Positions 1 through 10,516 of a stretch of DNA of 43,015 nucleotides are shown piece by piece. A program made the translations under genes and the position numbers. The DNA is from Saprolegnia diclina VS20 (taxonomy: Eukaryota). The notes under the pieces are model-generated. The model saw only the letters and a list, made by a program, of their open reading frames with translations, searched no databases and was not told the DNA's origin. The stretch covers positions 1 to 43,015 of the forward strand of contig NW_008246102.1 of the NCBI RefSeq assembly GCF_000281045.1, given 5' to 3'. Within the stretch, counting starts at the first letter, position 1; every line of letters starts with the position of its first letter.

Positions 1-194
1 ACAAACCTCACGCCCGCCGTAGCGGTGCATGGCCAAAATGTAGAAAATGTTGGAGAATGCTGGGATTATTTTCAACGGCCCACTACAAGTCGCTAGTGAT
101 AGAGAGAGATGGAACGTGCTGATTTGCGGAGGCGGTCCACGTCGCAATGCAGCACTGCACCCGAGACGGACACAATCACTTGGATGTTGGTCAA

Positions 195-945
195 GGCCGT
201 TGGCGTTGTGCGAGGTACGGGGGCACGTGGCGCGATTTGACCTTGAGCGCTCTAGAACGAGGTCGTCTACCGACGTGATACGCTTGAGGTGTCGAATGAG
301 CTCGTCGATCGAGCGGTAGTCCATGCTCTTGGGAAGACATCAAACGCATCACCGGCTGCGCGGCGGACCTCGGGCAGCGCGTCGCATAGAGCGCCTTTGA
401 GCGCCACGACAAACCTGTCGACGAATCTTCGAGCTGCTTCTTGGGCGAGCACTGGACGACCTCGACAAGACCCAAGCAGTAGCCCCGACGCATGCTGACA
501 GGGTTCATCGGGTCGAGGCTCGCGCGCGGAATGATCGGGCCGACCTGGGTGATGACGCAATACACCAAGTCGCCAAGGAGCGAGATCGACGACTGACGAA
601 GGCGCCAGTTGTCGTCGAAGATACCGGCCTCGAGCGCAGGCAAGTTGTCCTTCGTGCTGGAAAGCGCGTGGGCATTGGCGACGATCGAGCCAGCGTGCAT
701 GGCAACGTCGCGGACACCGTCTGACTCGTCAGAGACACTCTCGAGATCAAGCGCGTCCAGGGCAAGGTGCACGAGCTTCTCGCAGAGACCTTGAGAAAAT
801 CTTGACCGCTCGACCGACGACGACATGCTGCAGCCATCGCACGAGGTGCGAAAAGTGGCTCTCGTCCTTGACGAGCACACCACGCGCTTTGGACGGGCCC
901 ATGTGGCCCCCGGAAATCGGGTCGAGCAGCGGCGTGGCCAGCCTC
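195..945 (-). pseudogene. GCN1: Decayed internal fragment of GCN1 (HEAT-repeat translational activator), with frameshifts and internal deletions
   Basis: Minus-strand pieces in different frames match GCN1 in order: LLDPI..KARGVLVK..HFSHLVRWL; SVERS..QGLCE; SDESDGVRDVAMHAGSIVANAHALSSTKDNLPALEAGIFDDNWRLRQSSISLLGDL; MRRGYCLGLVEV; ALCDALPEVRRAAGDAFDV; KSMDYRSIDELI; LKVKSRHVPPYL. The frame switches have no intron signals and large blocks are missing. Confidence 0.8.
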
Positions 946-1254
946 CTTCATGCGCGGGTGCGAGTCCTAGAGCGACGCCGTGAGTTTGAGAATGGCCTCG
1001 GCAAGCTCGAACCAAGCAGCTTTGGCGCGCATGAGCCTATGGCGCCGAGAAGCAAAATGCTGGGTCGTCGCCAGAGCGGCCTCTGCCCAGCGCTCAAGGA
1101 GGCGTGCTTGCTCCTCCAAGCGCCGCGTCGTCAGAGCGGCCAGAGCAACGTCCTTGCGAAGGCTCACCGCCGCATTTGCTGTTGTCTCGGACTGCTCTAG
1201 CACCGCACCGATCGTCCGCTGCAGCTAGACAATCTTTACCTCGGCTTGTGAATC

Positions 1255-1455
1255 GCCTGGATGACATTGTCAGCAAGATTTGTGAGGCCTCAAACACCCA
1301 GTGCGGTCGTAAGGTCATCGAGCGCAAAAGGCGGCAACTCGTCACGACGCGTAGTCGCTGGGGTCGTCCAGCCCATCGGTCACCGGTTGTTAGCGAGCGC
1401 GCTTGTTTTGCAGTCAACATGCAGAATATGTGCGTCATCCAGTGTCTTGAGCATC
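1255..1455 (+). pseudogene. Possible decayed Pumilio (PUF) repeat fragment
   Basis: LDDIVSKICEASNTQCGRKVIER ... AVNMQNMCVIQCLEH loosely resembles the first two PUF repeats (L.DI...IVEFS.DQ.GSRFIQ ... GNYVIQ..EH). There is no start or exon context. Confidence 0.3.
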
Positions 1456-1527
1456 CAGTGGATAACGAACGGGTCGTTGGCGGTTTGACGGAGAAAAGAT
1501 CGCGATCAAAAAATAGGTTGGCGCGCT

Positions 1528-1586
1528 CTGATTGGCTGAAATCCATGCGTAAAAATAGGTCCCAACGGCGTGCCATTGGCATTTGC
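1528..1586 (+). promoter_or_regulatory. Core promoter: inverted CCAAT box (CTGATTGGCTGAA, 1528-1540) plus INR/FPR-like GCCATTGGCATTTGC (1572-1586)
   Basis: The motifs resemble known oomycete core promoter elements and lie just upstream of the ATG at 1595. Confidence 0.55.
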
Positions 1587-1594
1587 AAAGTGCC

Positions 1595-3920
1595 ATGGAC
1601 GCAGAGGTCGCGCGGCTGACGGCCGACGCTGCCGCCAAGGAGGCCAGCCTCAACGAGCTCAAGACCAAGGCCAAGGCCTTCGCCGAGGCCATGACCGCAG
1701 AGAAGAAGCAGCTCGAAGCCTCGCTCGCGGCCGCCAAGGCCGAGCTCGCTGACATCAAGGTCAAGGCCAAGGCCTTCGCCGACAACGTGCGTGCCCAAAT
1801 TGTGGCTGAGAAAGACCGCGTGCATGCTCTTGAGTCGCAAGTGCAGGCCAAGGAAGCCGAGCTCGCGACGCTCAAGGCGCAGCCGGCGAGTCCGAGTCTC
1901 GACCTCGGACCCAGCGAGGCCGATATAGCCGCGGCCGTCGCGACCAAGGAGCGCGAGATGCAGCAGCGACTCGACGAGGCCATGGAGACGATGCGAGCCC
2001 AGCTCGCCCAAAGCCGCGCGGACAACGAGCGCCGTCTTCAAGGGACCCAAGACGAGCATGCGCGTACGGTGCAGATGCTCCAGGAGCAGATCAAGACCCT
2101 GTCCGACGTGAGCTCGGACGTATCGACAGCATCGTCGCAGTGGGCCTTTGAGAAAGCACAGCTCGAACAAGACGCGCGCAACGCACATACGCAACTCGAA
2201 GCCCAGATTCGCAGCCTCGCCGAGTCTCATGCGCGCGAGCTCGAGCACGTGCAAGCAACAAGCCGCGCGCACGTCGACGAGCTCACAGCACAGCTCGCGA
2301 CGGCGGCGACGCACACGCAGAGCCTCCAAGCCAACGCATCAACGTCCGAGAGCGCGAGTGCCAGCCGCGCAACAGCGCTGCAAGAGACGCTACAGACAGT
2401 CGCCGGTCTTCTCGAGCAGCTTGTGCCGATGGCGACGAGCTCGGACCCCGTGGCTTTGGCGCAGGCACTGCAGGCGTCAGTCCGTGACGCAGCGACGACG
2501 CAGCAGAGCCTCGAAGGTCGTGTGGAGCGCCTCGAGGCCGACAAGGCGACCATCGAGTCGGACAAGACGGCCGTCGAGACGGCTCTGCGGGACGCAACAT
2601 CAGCGCTCGAGACGGCCAAGGCAGCAGCGTCGTCGGCGCAGACGCAGCTCGCGTCACTGCAGTCGGAGACGAGCTGGGCGGCCTCGGGCTTGCAGTCGCA
2701 GCTCGCGTCGCTTCAGGACCAACTTCGCACGGCCACCGACGAGCTCCATTCGCACAAGGAGATGCTGTCACGTGAGACGGCGCAGAAGGACGCACTGCAG
2801 ATCGAGCTCAACGAGCTCCGCATGGAGCTGTCGCACGAGAAGTCGCAGCACAAGTCGCAGTCGAGCGATGTGGCGTCACTCCAAGCCGAATTAGCTGCCT
2901 CCAAAGCGCAGACTGTGCAGCTGTCGCAAGAGAAGAGCGAGCTCGCTGCGCGCCACGACCGGTTCCTCAAGGACGAGGAAGAGAAGAAGGTCAAGGTCAA
3001 GCAGTACGTGCAGGCGCTGACGACCGAGAAGCAAAAGGCCATCGACGGGCTCGGTCAAGTGACAGCCGACCTCGAAGGCGCCAAGAAGGCGATTGCCGAG
3101 AAGGACGGACTCTTCGAGAAGCGCATGGCCGAGATCAAGGCCAAGACAATGGACAAGTTTGCTGACCACGAGCGCGTCATCACCAAGGCCAAGGAAGAGA
3201 CCGACCGCCTCAACGATGTCATCAAGAAGCTCGAGGCCGAGATCAAGAGCCTCAGCGCCAAGAAGAAGGAGGCGGAGGACGAGACGATGGAGTCGCTCAA
3301 GAAGAAACGACTGGCGGCCAAGACCGAGACGCAAAAACTGGCCAACGACCTCGAGGGCATCCAGCGCCGCGCAGCTATGTTTGCTGTCCGTCCTTGATCT
3401 TGACGATGGGCGAGTCCTACTAGAAACGCCGTAGGATGTGACGAGCAACAAGTGCGTGCAGCAGACCAAGCAGATCGACCTCCTCCAAGAGAAGGTCCTC
3501 GAGTCCATCCACGCAATTAGCCACCAGAAGAAATGCGACATTTCGTCCCTCCACGAACTCTGCGTCGTCCAAGACTCGCCGCGCATGAGTGCCAACCTCC
3601 CGGGGCCGGCCATGGGCCTCACCAAGGTCGACGATGAGATCTCCCGCGTGTTTGACAAGGTCCGATTCCATTCTTTCAGTTTGAGATTGAGATTGGCGTA
3701 GATGACGACGCTGAGCAATGTGACGGACCGGCTCTGTGATTTGATGCTCGAGGACGGCGACTTGAGCCTCAAAGACTTGGTGATCGAGCGCGTCGTCAAG
3801 CAGTTTTCAGCGTGCTTTGTGCACGCGCCGGCGCACGCCAAGCCCGACGAAGCCGGCCTCCTCCACCAACGCAGCTCGAGCTCGTCGACGCAGCCGCCGG
3901 ACTCGCCGACCGCCACGTAA
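1595..3920 (+). CDS. Long coiled-coil protein of unknown function; exons 1595-3385, 3435-3659, 3702-3920
   Basis: Heptad-rich A/E/K/Q/L ORF. Two phase-0 GT..AG introns (3386-3434, 3660-3701) join three ORFs in frame to the TAA at 3920. Confidence 0.85.
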
Positions 3921-3990
3921 TTCTAATCTAACCTATCCGACTATCCAATATTCAAGCGAGATGAAGGATACAGAGACTTCTTGCGGACGT

Positions 3991-6900
3991 TTAGGAAGAT
4001 AGGGAGGTGACGTGGATGACCTGGTCGAGGTGCTTGGCGCTCGAGAGGTCGACGCGGACCATGCGCGCGCAGCCGAGGATGTGCTCGGGCAGCTCGTCGT
4101 CCGTCTCGCCCTGGAGCACAAAGCACATGTCGATGACCATCTTGGCCGTCTTGTCGACGAGCGAGTTGATGCCGGTGCGCGCGACGAGCGAGAACATGTG
4201 CACGTCCACGTCGATCTCGGTAAAGTGCTCGCGGTGGTAGATGCGGTGCTGGGGCCGCGTCAGCACTGGCGTCGCGTTGTTCTTCTGCAGCAGCTTGCGG
4301 GGCATGCCCGAGAGCCCGCAGTCCTTTTCGTTGACGACCTGCGCAATGACCTTGAACCGGTCGAGGATCGACGGGTCCTTTGCCGAGTTGAAGAAGCGCT
4401 TGAGGAGACGCAGGGTCGGCGTCGACGGCGACACGAGCTGCGCTTGCACGTCCTTTGGGATCGTCCAGTACAAGGCGAGGTTGACGCCGGGACCGTCGTA
4501 GTTGCCGCCGCCAAAGATCGACGGGCCATACAGCGGCAACTAGATCGAGTTGAAGAAAAATAAGGGAAAGAGGAAGCGTGTACCTGGGCGTTGATGACAA
4601 AGAGCTTCTCGCCCGTGAGATGCGGGGGCAGGTTGACGTGCTGCGTGATGCAGTCGATCTTGGCGTCGCTGCGCACGAGGTCGGCGCCGACAAAGTCAAA
4701 GAGAGCGCTTGCCGACGCTTCCTTCTTCTTGCTCTTCTTGTAATCGAGGCTGCGGACGTTGAACGTCTCGGCGGTCGTGAACGACCACGCGTTCTCGGCG
4801 CAGTCGTCGTTGGTCGACTGCTTGAACGACGAAAACATGTCGAAGGAGAATTTCCGGTGCGTCGGGGCCGGCGCCGGGACGACGACCGGCGCTAGAAAGG
4901 GCAGCGACGAGACAGCGACCGCGGCCGGCGGCGCATGCAGACAGCACACCCCCGAGGCGACGCACGGTGGAACGTCGTCGTCGTCGACCGAGAGCGCCAC
5001 GGGAGCGACTACTCCCAGGTACTTAGATACGACACAACGAGATAGGATACTACGTACGGTGACTTGGACTCCGGAGGCTGCGGAGAAAGCCGAGCGAGAT
5101 GAGCACCATGACAAAGAGCTGTCCGGACCGGCCAAACGCAGCAAAGCTGGAGAAGACGGCAAAGTTGAGGAGGCAAAGGAAGAGCAGGCAATCGCGCTGG
5201 CCCTCAATGGCAAAGGCGAAGCGCCACGCGACCGGCGTCATCTCCGAGTAGGCGCGAGGCGGCACGATGGGTGGGACCGGCGTTGGTGGGTGCAGCGGCG
5301 GCTTGGTGGGCGACGGCTGCGGCGTCGGTGTCGCGTTCGACGACGATGTCGACACACGGACACTGCTGCGACGGACCGGCTCCGAGTCGCGCTCGGCTGG
5401 TTCCGTCTCGACCGGTGCTTCCTACCATCAACCATTAGCAGCGAAATACAAGCTTGTTGGACGACTACCTCGGGCGCTTCGTGGATCGAAGATTCTTGGA
5501 GTCGCTGGCGGTAAATTTGCTGAATTGACAAGTTGGATTCTGCAAATTTGCCGTGAGATTTCTCCTTTTCGAAAAATATAGGAAACGTACGGGGCTCGGC
5601 TTTGCCCGTCGTGTGCTTGCGGTTGATGACGTCCGCGATCGCATTTGTCCACTGCATAAACTCCTCTTCCGTATTTGCGCAAAGCTATCCAAAAGTAAAT
5701 CCGACTCTGTTGGATAGGATCGATAGATACCTTGTACTGCGACCCGCGCTTGGATTCGGACTCGCCAATGTTGAGGTTCGAGACTTGGAAAAAGTACTGG
5801 TTGGGCGCGTTCTGGGCAAATTGCTTCTCAAAGAGGAGCGACACGTTGGTCTGGTTGAGGTCCATGCAGCCGCGGAACCACGGGTGCGGCTTGTGAACCA
5901 CTGGATGCTGCGAATGATGGTGGGACGCGCGCGCGTCGTCGCCAACGTGCAGATGGAGGTCGAGGTCGTCGTAGAAGGCCACTGAGCCATGCGGCGAGTT
6001 GATGCTCGAGGACGGGTTCGCCTTGTAGTACGAGAGCACGCCGCGCTCGAGGTCGAGGACGAACCAGCGCGTGTGCCAGACGCGCTTGCTCCATTTGCCG
6101 TCGCTGATCTTGTGCAGGTACCCGCCAATGTAGTGGTGGTTCTCGGTGGACCCGCCGGCGGTGGCCGTGGCGTATGCGACGCCCTTCTTGCCTTTGGGCA
6201 GAATGCTGCGGCCGACCTTGGAGATGCCACCGCCGACCGCGCGCCCGAGCTTCCCGATCGGGTTCCGGCCCTTGCGGTCGTGCGTCCGGGGCATCGGGGC
6301 ACCTAGACAAGGCGCTCAGACTAAGCTCTGATTTGTGTGGCGACGTACTGGCGGTGCGGTCGTCGACGGTGTCCGTGTCCCGGGGCAAGGACGGACGCAG
6401 TGGCGGCGACGACGACCGCGGCTTGTCGTCGACAGCGTCTCCGTGGAGCTCCTATGCACGCGACATGAGAGAAGTCAGTAGATCGTCGATAGCGCACCAC
6501 GTCCGAGTCGGCCGACGAGTCTTCGCTGCTGTCGCCGCCAAGGATCTCGAACGAGCTGAGGTTCTTGAGCCGGCGCTCGTTCGCGTACTTGAACGACGGG
6601 CTCACGTTGAGCGGGTCGCTACGAACACGCTCAGATCTACTATGCAAGAAAGGACGCAGCGTACGTGTCTTCGTGGGCAACGTGCGACGGGATCGGAGCC
6701 GCGAGCGCGACGTCGTCGACCACGTTCTCGTCGTCGACCGAGGTCGCGGGCAGGAGCGTGGCGAGGGCCTCCATAACGTGCGGGTACTGCCGTACCCATT
6801 TGAGAAACGTCGACGCCTGGAGGTACGCGTCCTTGGAGAGGTCGCAGTCGTCAAAGACGTTGGCGAGCTCTGGCGCGACCGACTGGTGCGACGTCAGGTA

Positions 6901-7485
6901 CTCGAGCAGGTTGAGGTAGTCGTTATAGTTGATCACGCCGTCGTCTCGTCTGGCCGCATGCGATCAGACTCGGGCGGATGAAAGAGGATGTACCGTTCGT
7001 AGCCGTACGTGACGCCGTACATGCTGAAGACGTAGCCGATCTTGTCCTCCGTGTTGCCCCTACGCGCGATGAGTGCATGCATGCGAGGTGCGTTACGTAC
7101 TGGTAGAAGAGCGCGAGCGTCCCGATAAAGTATTCGCGCGAGATGAGGTCGTCGGGCAGGCCCTTCATCTCGTCGACCATGCTCTCTGCAGCGCGATATG
7201 AGGCGCCAGTTGTTTCGCGGGCGACGCACGTACCGCCGTAGAGGCTGCGCAGGAACTTGGACGACGCGAGGCCGCGCTTGCTGGCGAGGCCACGGTCGCG
7301 CGAGCCCGTCTCGGTGATCTCCGCCTGGTGCGCATGAGCCACCATTCGCTGCACGAGGGCCTACCTTGAAGGCGAGCCAGGCCACCTTGAACTCCTCGAG
7401 CTCGACTAGCCGTGCGCATGAGGCGGCCATGCCCAGGAAGCGGTCACGTACATGGCTTGGTGGACCGCGACGCGCTGAGGCCCAT
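3991..7485 (-). CDS. Multi-exon protein: N-myristoylation motif, EF-hands, PH domain, hydrophobic (TM) segment and C-terminal DUF1336/EDR2-C domain
   Basis: The start MGLSASRSTKP|F uses introns 7451-7406 and 7364-7325. Motifs seen: EF-hand-like RGNTEDKIGYVFSMY..DGVINYNDYL; PH YIGGYLHKISDGKWSKRVWHTRWFVLD..GVLSYYK; hydrophobic LLFLCLLNFAVFSSF..LFVMVLISLGFL; DUF1336 FNVRSLDY..RFKVIAQV..PVLTRPQH..EIDVD..FVLQGETDDELPEHILGCAR. Short GT-AG introns link the segments. Confidence 0.8.
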
Positions 7486-8295
7486 GCTGCTGCTGCTGCG
7501 GAGCCGCCGGAACTAAATCTGTACCTTGCTACGTCACTACGTATCCGGAGAGTATCCGGAAGAGAGTGAGTGGGAGGAGAGCGCTTTTCGGGGGTCGAAG
7601 GCTGTCAAGTGAGATTCGCACTCTGCTGGCGCTGAATCTCTGGCCGTTTCGTGCGAAAATTCAAAAATAAAATAAAAGATAAATTCAATTTTAAATAAAG
7701 TGGCGCCGCCTGGTTTAGGCGTACGCTAGATGCACGCAACGAAAGCGCGGCCTGTCCACAGGGCCGTTGACACGACGCCGCGAGCAACGAGTGACGCGGC
7801 GGCATCCGTGCTGCAGGACGTCGATTGCGACGCCAAGAACGCGCAGGGAATGACGCAAGCGCTGCATGCGCGACACGGCAGGTTGATGCTGGCGTCGGAT
7901 GTCGCAGGCCGATTTCTCGCTTGGTCGAACCGCAGAGTGCATGTATATACAGTGTATTCGTGGGCATCCACGTGGCAAGACGAGGTGTCAGCCCGCTTCT
8001 CGACTCCCAGCGTTTGGCACTGGCATTTGGATTTGCATTTTTTTTCGCTTTGCAGCGCTGCACGGATCGAGCACGTGTTGACGGTCGGTTGACGCTTTGT
8101 CGGGGCGTGCGGTCGTTGGCGCTGTGCCACTCTGAGAGTCGCCGTGGCGCCTCCAGCGGCGCAAAGTTGCGTGACAATAGACCACTGCCTTTTTCAGTCC
8201 TTTTCACAAGCAGAGAGAGTCCCTCTCTTTTTTTTAATTCGCGCGGTTTAAATCGCGACACCGCATCTCGCAAGATACGACATTGCATTTTGGGG

Positions 8296-8340
8296 ATGGT
8301 CAACGCCATGCTCAGTGCCAATAAGAACCAGAGTCGATGA
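8296..8340 (+). promoter_or_regulatory. Possible 14-codon uORF (MVNAMLSANKNQSR*) whose TGA overlaps the main ATG (ATGA)
   Basis: ATG at 8296 and 8308, stop at 8338-8340, overlapping ATG 8337. An INR/FPR-like CATTGCATTTT lies just upstream at 8281. Confidence 0.35.
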
Positions 8341-10226
8341 AGTTTGGCAAGCGCATGCGGTACTTGGCGGCGCCCGAGTGGGAAGGCGGGTACGTCGACT
8401 ACAAGGGCCTCAAGCGCACGGTCAAGTCCCTCGCTGGCTCCGACACGGAGCGCACCGCGGGCTTCCGCATGGCGCTCCAGCGCGAGCTCGCCAAAGTGAA
8501 CGCGTCCTTCTTCTGCATCCTCGACGACCTCGGCGCCCGCGAGACGGCCGCGCACGGCGACGTCGAGGCGCAGCTCAACGCGGCGCTGGACCTCTCGCAC
8601 CGCGTCGACGCGCTGCGGCGCTTTGTCGTGCTCAACTACCTCGCGGTCGTCAAGATCTCGAAAAAGTTTGACAAGAGCATTGCGGGCTCGATGCAATCGG
8701 AGATTTTGGCGTCCGACTTGCTCTTGCAGCCCTTCTACGCCGGCAGCTACGTCGACGACCTCTACTCGCACACGGCCGCGACCACGGACGCGCTTTTGCT
8801 GCATCTCTTGCCGGACGCGCCCGCCGCGAGCGCCGATGCGTCGTGCCCGATCTGTCTCTACCATTTCACGAGCCCCGTGACGCTGAGCTGCAGCCACACG
8901 TTTTGCTGGTCGTGCTTGGCAAAGGCGGCCGAACACCATATCCACGCGTGCCCGCTGTGCCGCCAAGTGCAGTCGATCGACCCGCGCGACTACGAGATCG
9001 ACGGCTTGCTCCAGCGGTTCCTCAAGCGCTACGGCAGCCTAATGACGCCGCCACGTATTCTTGCGCGCGCGATTGAGGTCGCGACCAAACACCTCGAATC
9101 CACGCAGCTGCGACTCTCGCTCGCCCCGCCTATGAGTCCACCACCGCTCGAGTCGATCCCGGAAGTCGACGAGAAGCAACTGCTCTTGCCTCGCGTCGCC
9201 TGCATCGCACACCCGCGGACGTCCCGCTCGATGACCGCGCTCACCGCCGCCGTCGCCGCCGGGTGCCACGTCCTATCGGTCGACGTCCAGCTGGCCGGGG
9301 ACGGCTCCGTCGTCGTGCACCACGACCGCATCGTCGACGGCAGCCTCTTTCTTGACGCCATGGACGCCGACGCGCTCCGCGATGCAGGGATCCTCTCGCT
9401 CCAGCAGGTGCTCGCGACCATCTCGGGCGTCGCCTTGTACTTTAGCGTGACGTCCGACGCGGTGATCGCACCGCTCTTGGCGCAGCTCGAGGCCGTCTGC
9501 GTCGACGAGCGGTCGTGGTGGTCCAGCGCGCGCTTCTACATTGCGTCCGGCAACCACTACCAGCTGCTCGCAATCAACGGGCACCGGAGCGCATCGCACG
9601 CGCTTCACGGCCTCCACACGGTCGCCATCACGCACTCGATTCCGCTTGGGTACTGCAAGAGCTTTGAGGCATTGCACGTGTCGCACGTGTACGTTGACGC
9701 AGGCGTCGTCACGCGGCCGTTCGTGTTTGATGCGCACAGCCGCGGTCTCCACGTCTTTGTCGGGCCCGTCAACCACGAGAACACTGCGTGGAAGGTCCTC
9801 GAGGACATTGGCGGCGTCGACGGAATGGTGACGCAGGACCCAAATATGCTCGTGTCGACGCTGCTGCATCACGCGCTCCAGGCGCCACCGACGCCGCCGC
9901 CCACATCGGCGGCGGTTGTGAGCGAGACGTACGCGCCGGGCGACCCGGTCGAGATCGTCGGCCTCTACGACACCGCCAAGTGGTACCCGGGTGTCGTCCT
10001 CGGTGCGCGGACGACGGCGTCGGGCGCGACGTACGCGGTGCTGTGGTGGATGAGCGACAACTCGCAGCGCCGCGCAACCAAAGTCCTGGGCCACCAGCTG
10101 CGCCGACCCGTGCCGCAGTACGAAGAGAGCTACTTTGGCTACGGTATTGACGTGGCGTTTGGTGCGATCAAGACGGCGCTCGGGTGGGCAAAAGCACCGT
10201 TCGTATCGCCACCTCCCAGTGGCTAA
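8337..10226 (+). CDS. SPX + C3HC4 RING + degenerate GDPD + Tudor/Agenet-like domain protein (putative phosphate-sensing E3 ligase), intronless, 629 aa
   Basis: SPX MKFGK..PEW...YVDYKGLKR..ELAKVN.FF..LRRFVVLNYLAVVKISKKFDK; RING CPICL..PVTLSCSHTFCWSC..CPLCR; GDPD-like IAHP..SVDVQLAGDGSVVVHHD..AHSRGLHVFV..VN..GVDGMVTQDP; barrel YAPGDPVEIV..KWYPGVV..YAVLW. Confidence 0.88.
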   Translation: MKFGKRMRYLAAPEWEGGYVDYKGLKRTVKSLAGSDTERTAGFRMALQRELAKVNASFFCILDDLGARETAAHGDVEAQLNAALDLSHRVDALRRFVVLNYLAVVKISKKFDKSIAGSMQSEILASDLLLQPFYAGSYVDDLYSHTAATTDALLLHLLPDAPAASADASCPICLYHFTSPVTLSCSHTFCWSCLAKAAEHHIHACPLCRQVQSIDPRDYEIDGLLQRFLKRYGSLMTPPRILARAIEVATKHLESTQLRLSLAPPMSPPPLESIPEVDEKQLLLPRVACIAHPRTSRSMTALTAAVAAGCHVLSVDVQLAGDGSVVVHHDRIVDGSLFLDAMDADALRDAGILSLQQVLATISGVALYFSVTSDAVIAPLLAQLEAVCVDERSWWSSARFYIASGNHYQLLAINGHRSASHALHGLHTVAITHSIPLGYCKSFEALHVSHVYVDAGVVTRPFVFDAHSRGLHVFVGPVNHENTAWKVLEDIGGVDGMVTQDPNMLVSTLLHHALQAPPTPPPTSAAVVSETYAPGDPVEIVGLYDTAKWYPGVVLGARTTASGATYAVLWWMSDNSQRRATKVLGHQLRRPVPQYEESYFGYGIDVAFGAIKTALGWAKAPFVSPPPSG

Positions 10227-10516
10227 GCACTCATTAGACAATCTCTATAACAAACTAGTACTATGCATTTTGGTGGAGTCGTACCCCTATCCCGCGGCGA
10301 CGATAGCATCGCGTAGTCAGGTGTCGATGCAATGCAAGGGCAGAGAAAGAATGCACTTGGTCTAGTTGACGCGCATGCGATGACAGAGTACGTGGTGGGT
10401 CGCACAGAAGCACACGCGTGGCGGTGCCGGCGGCGGTCGTGTCGGCATAAAATAGTGTGCGTTGACGAAAATAGTGTCCCGACCAATAAAGTGGTTCTTG
10501 CGTCTACCACGTCTCG

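Noticed and set aside
1094..3916. Long antisense ORFs (for example 1094-2329, 2891-3916), and similar shadows over other genes
   Set aside because: Expected shadows of GC-rich codon bias; no recognisable domains.
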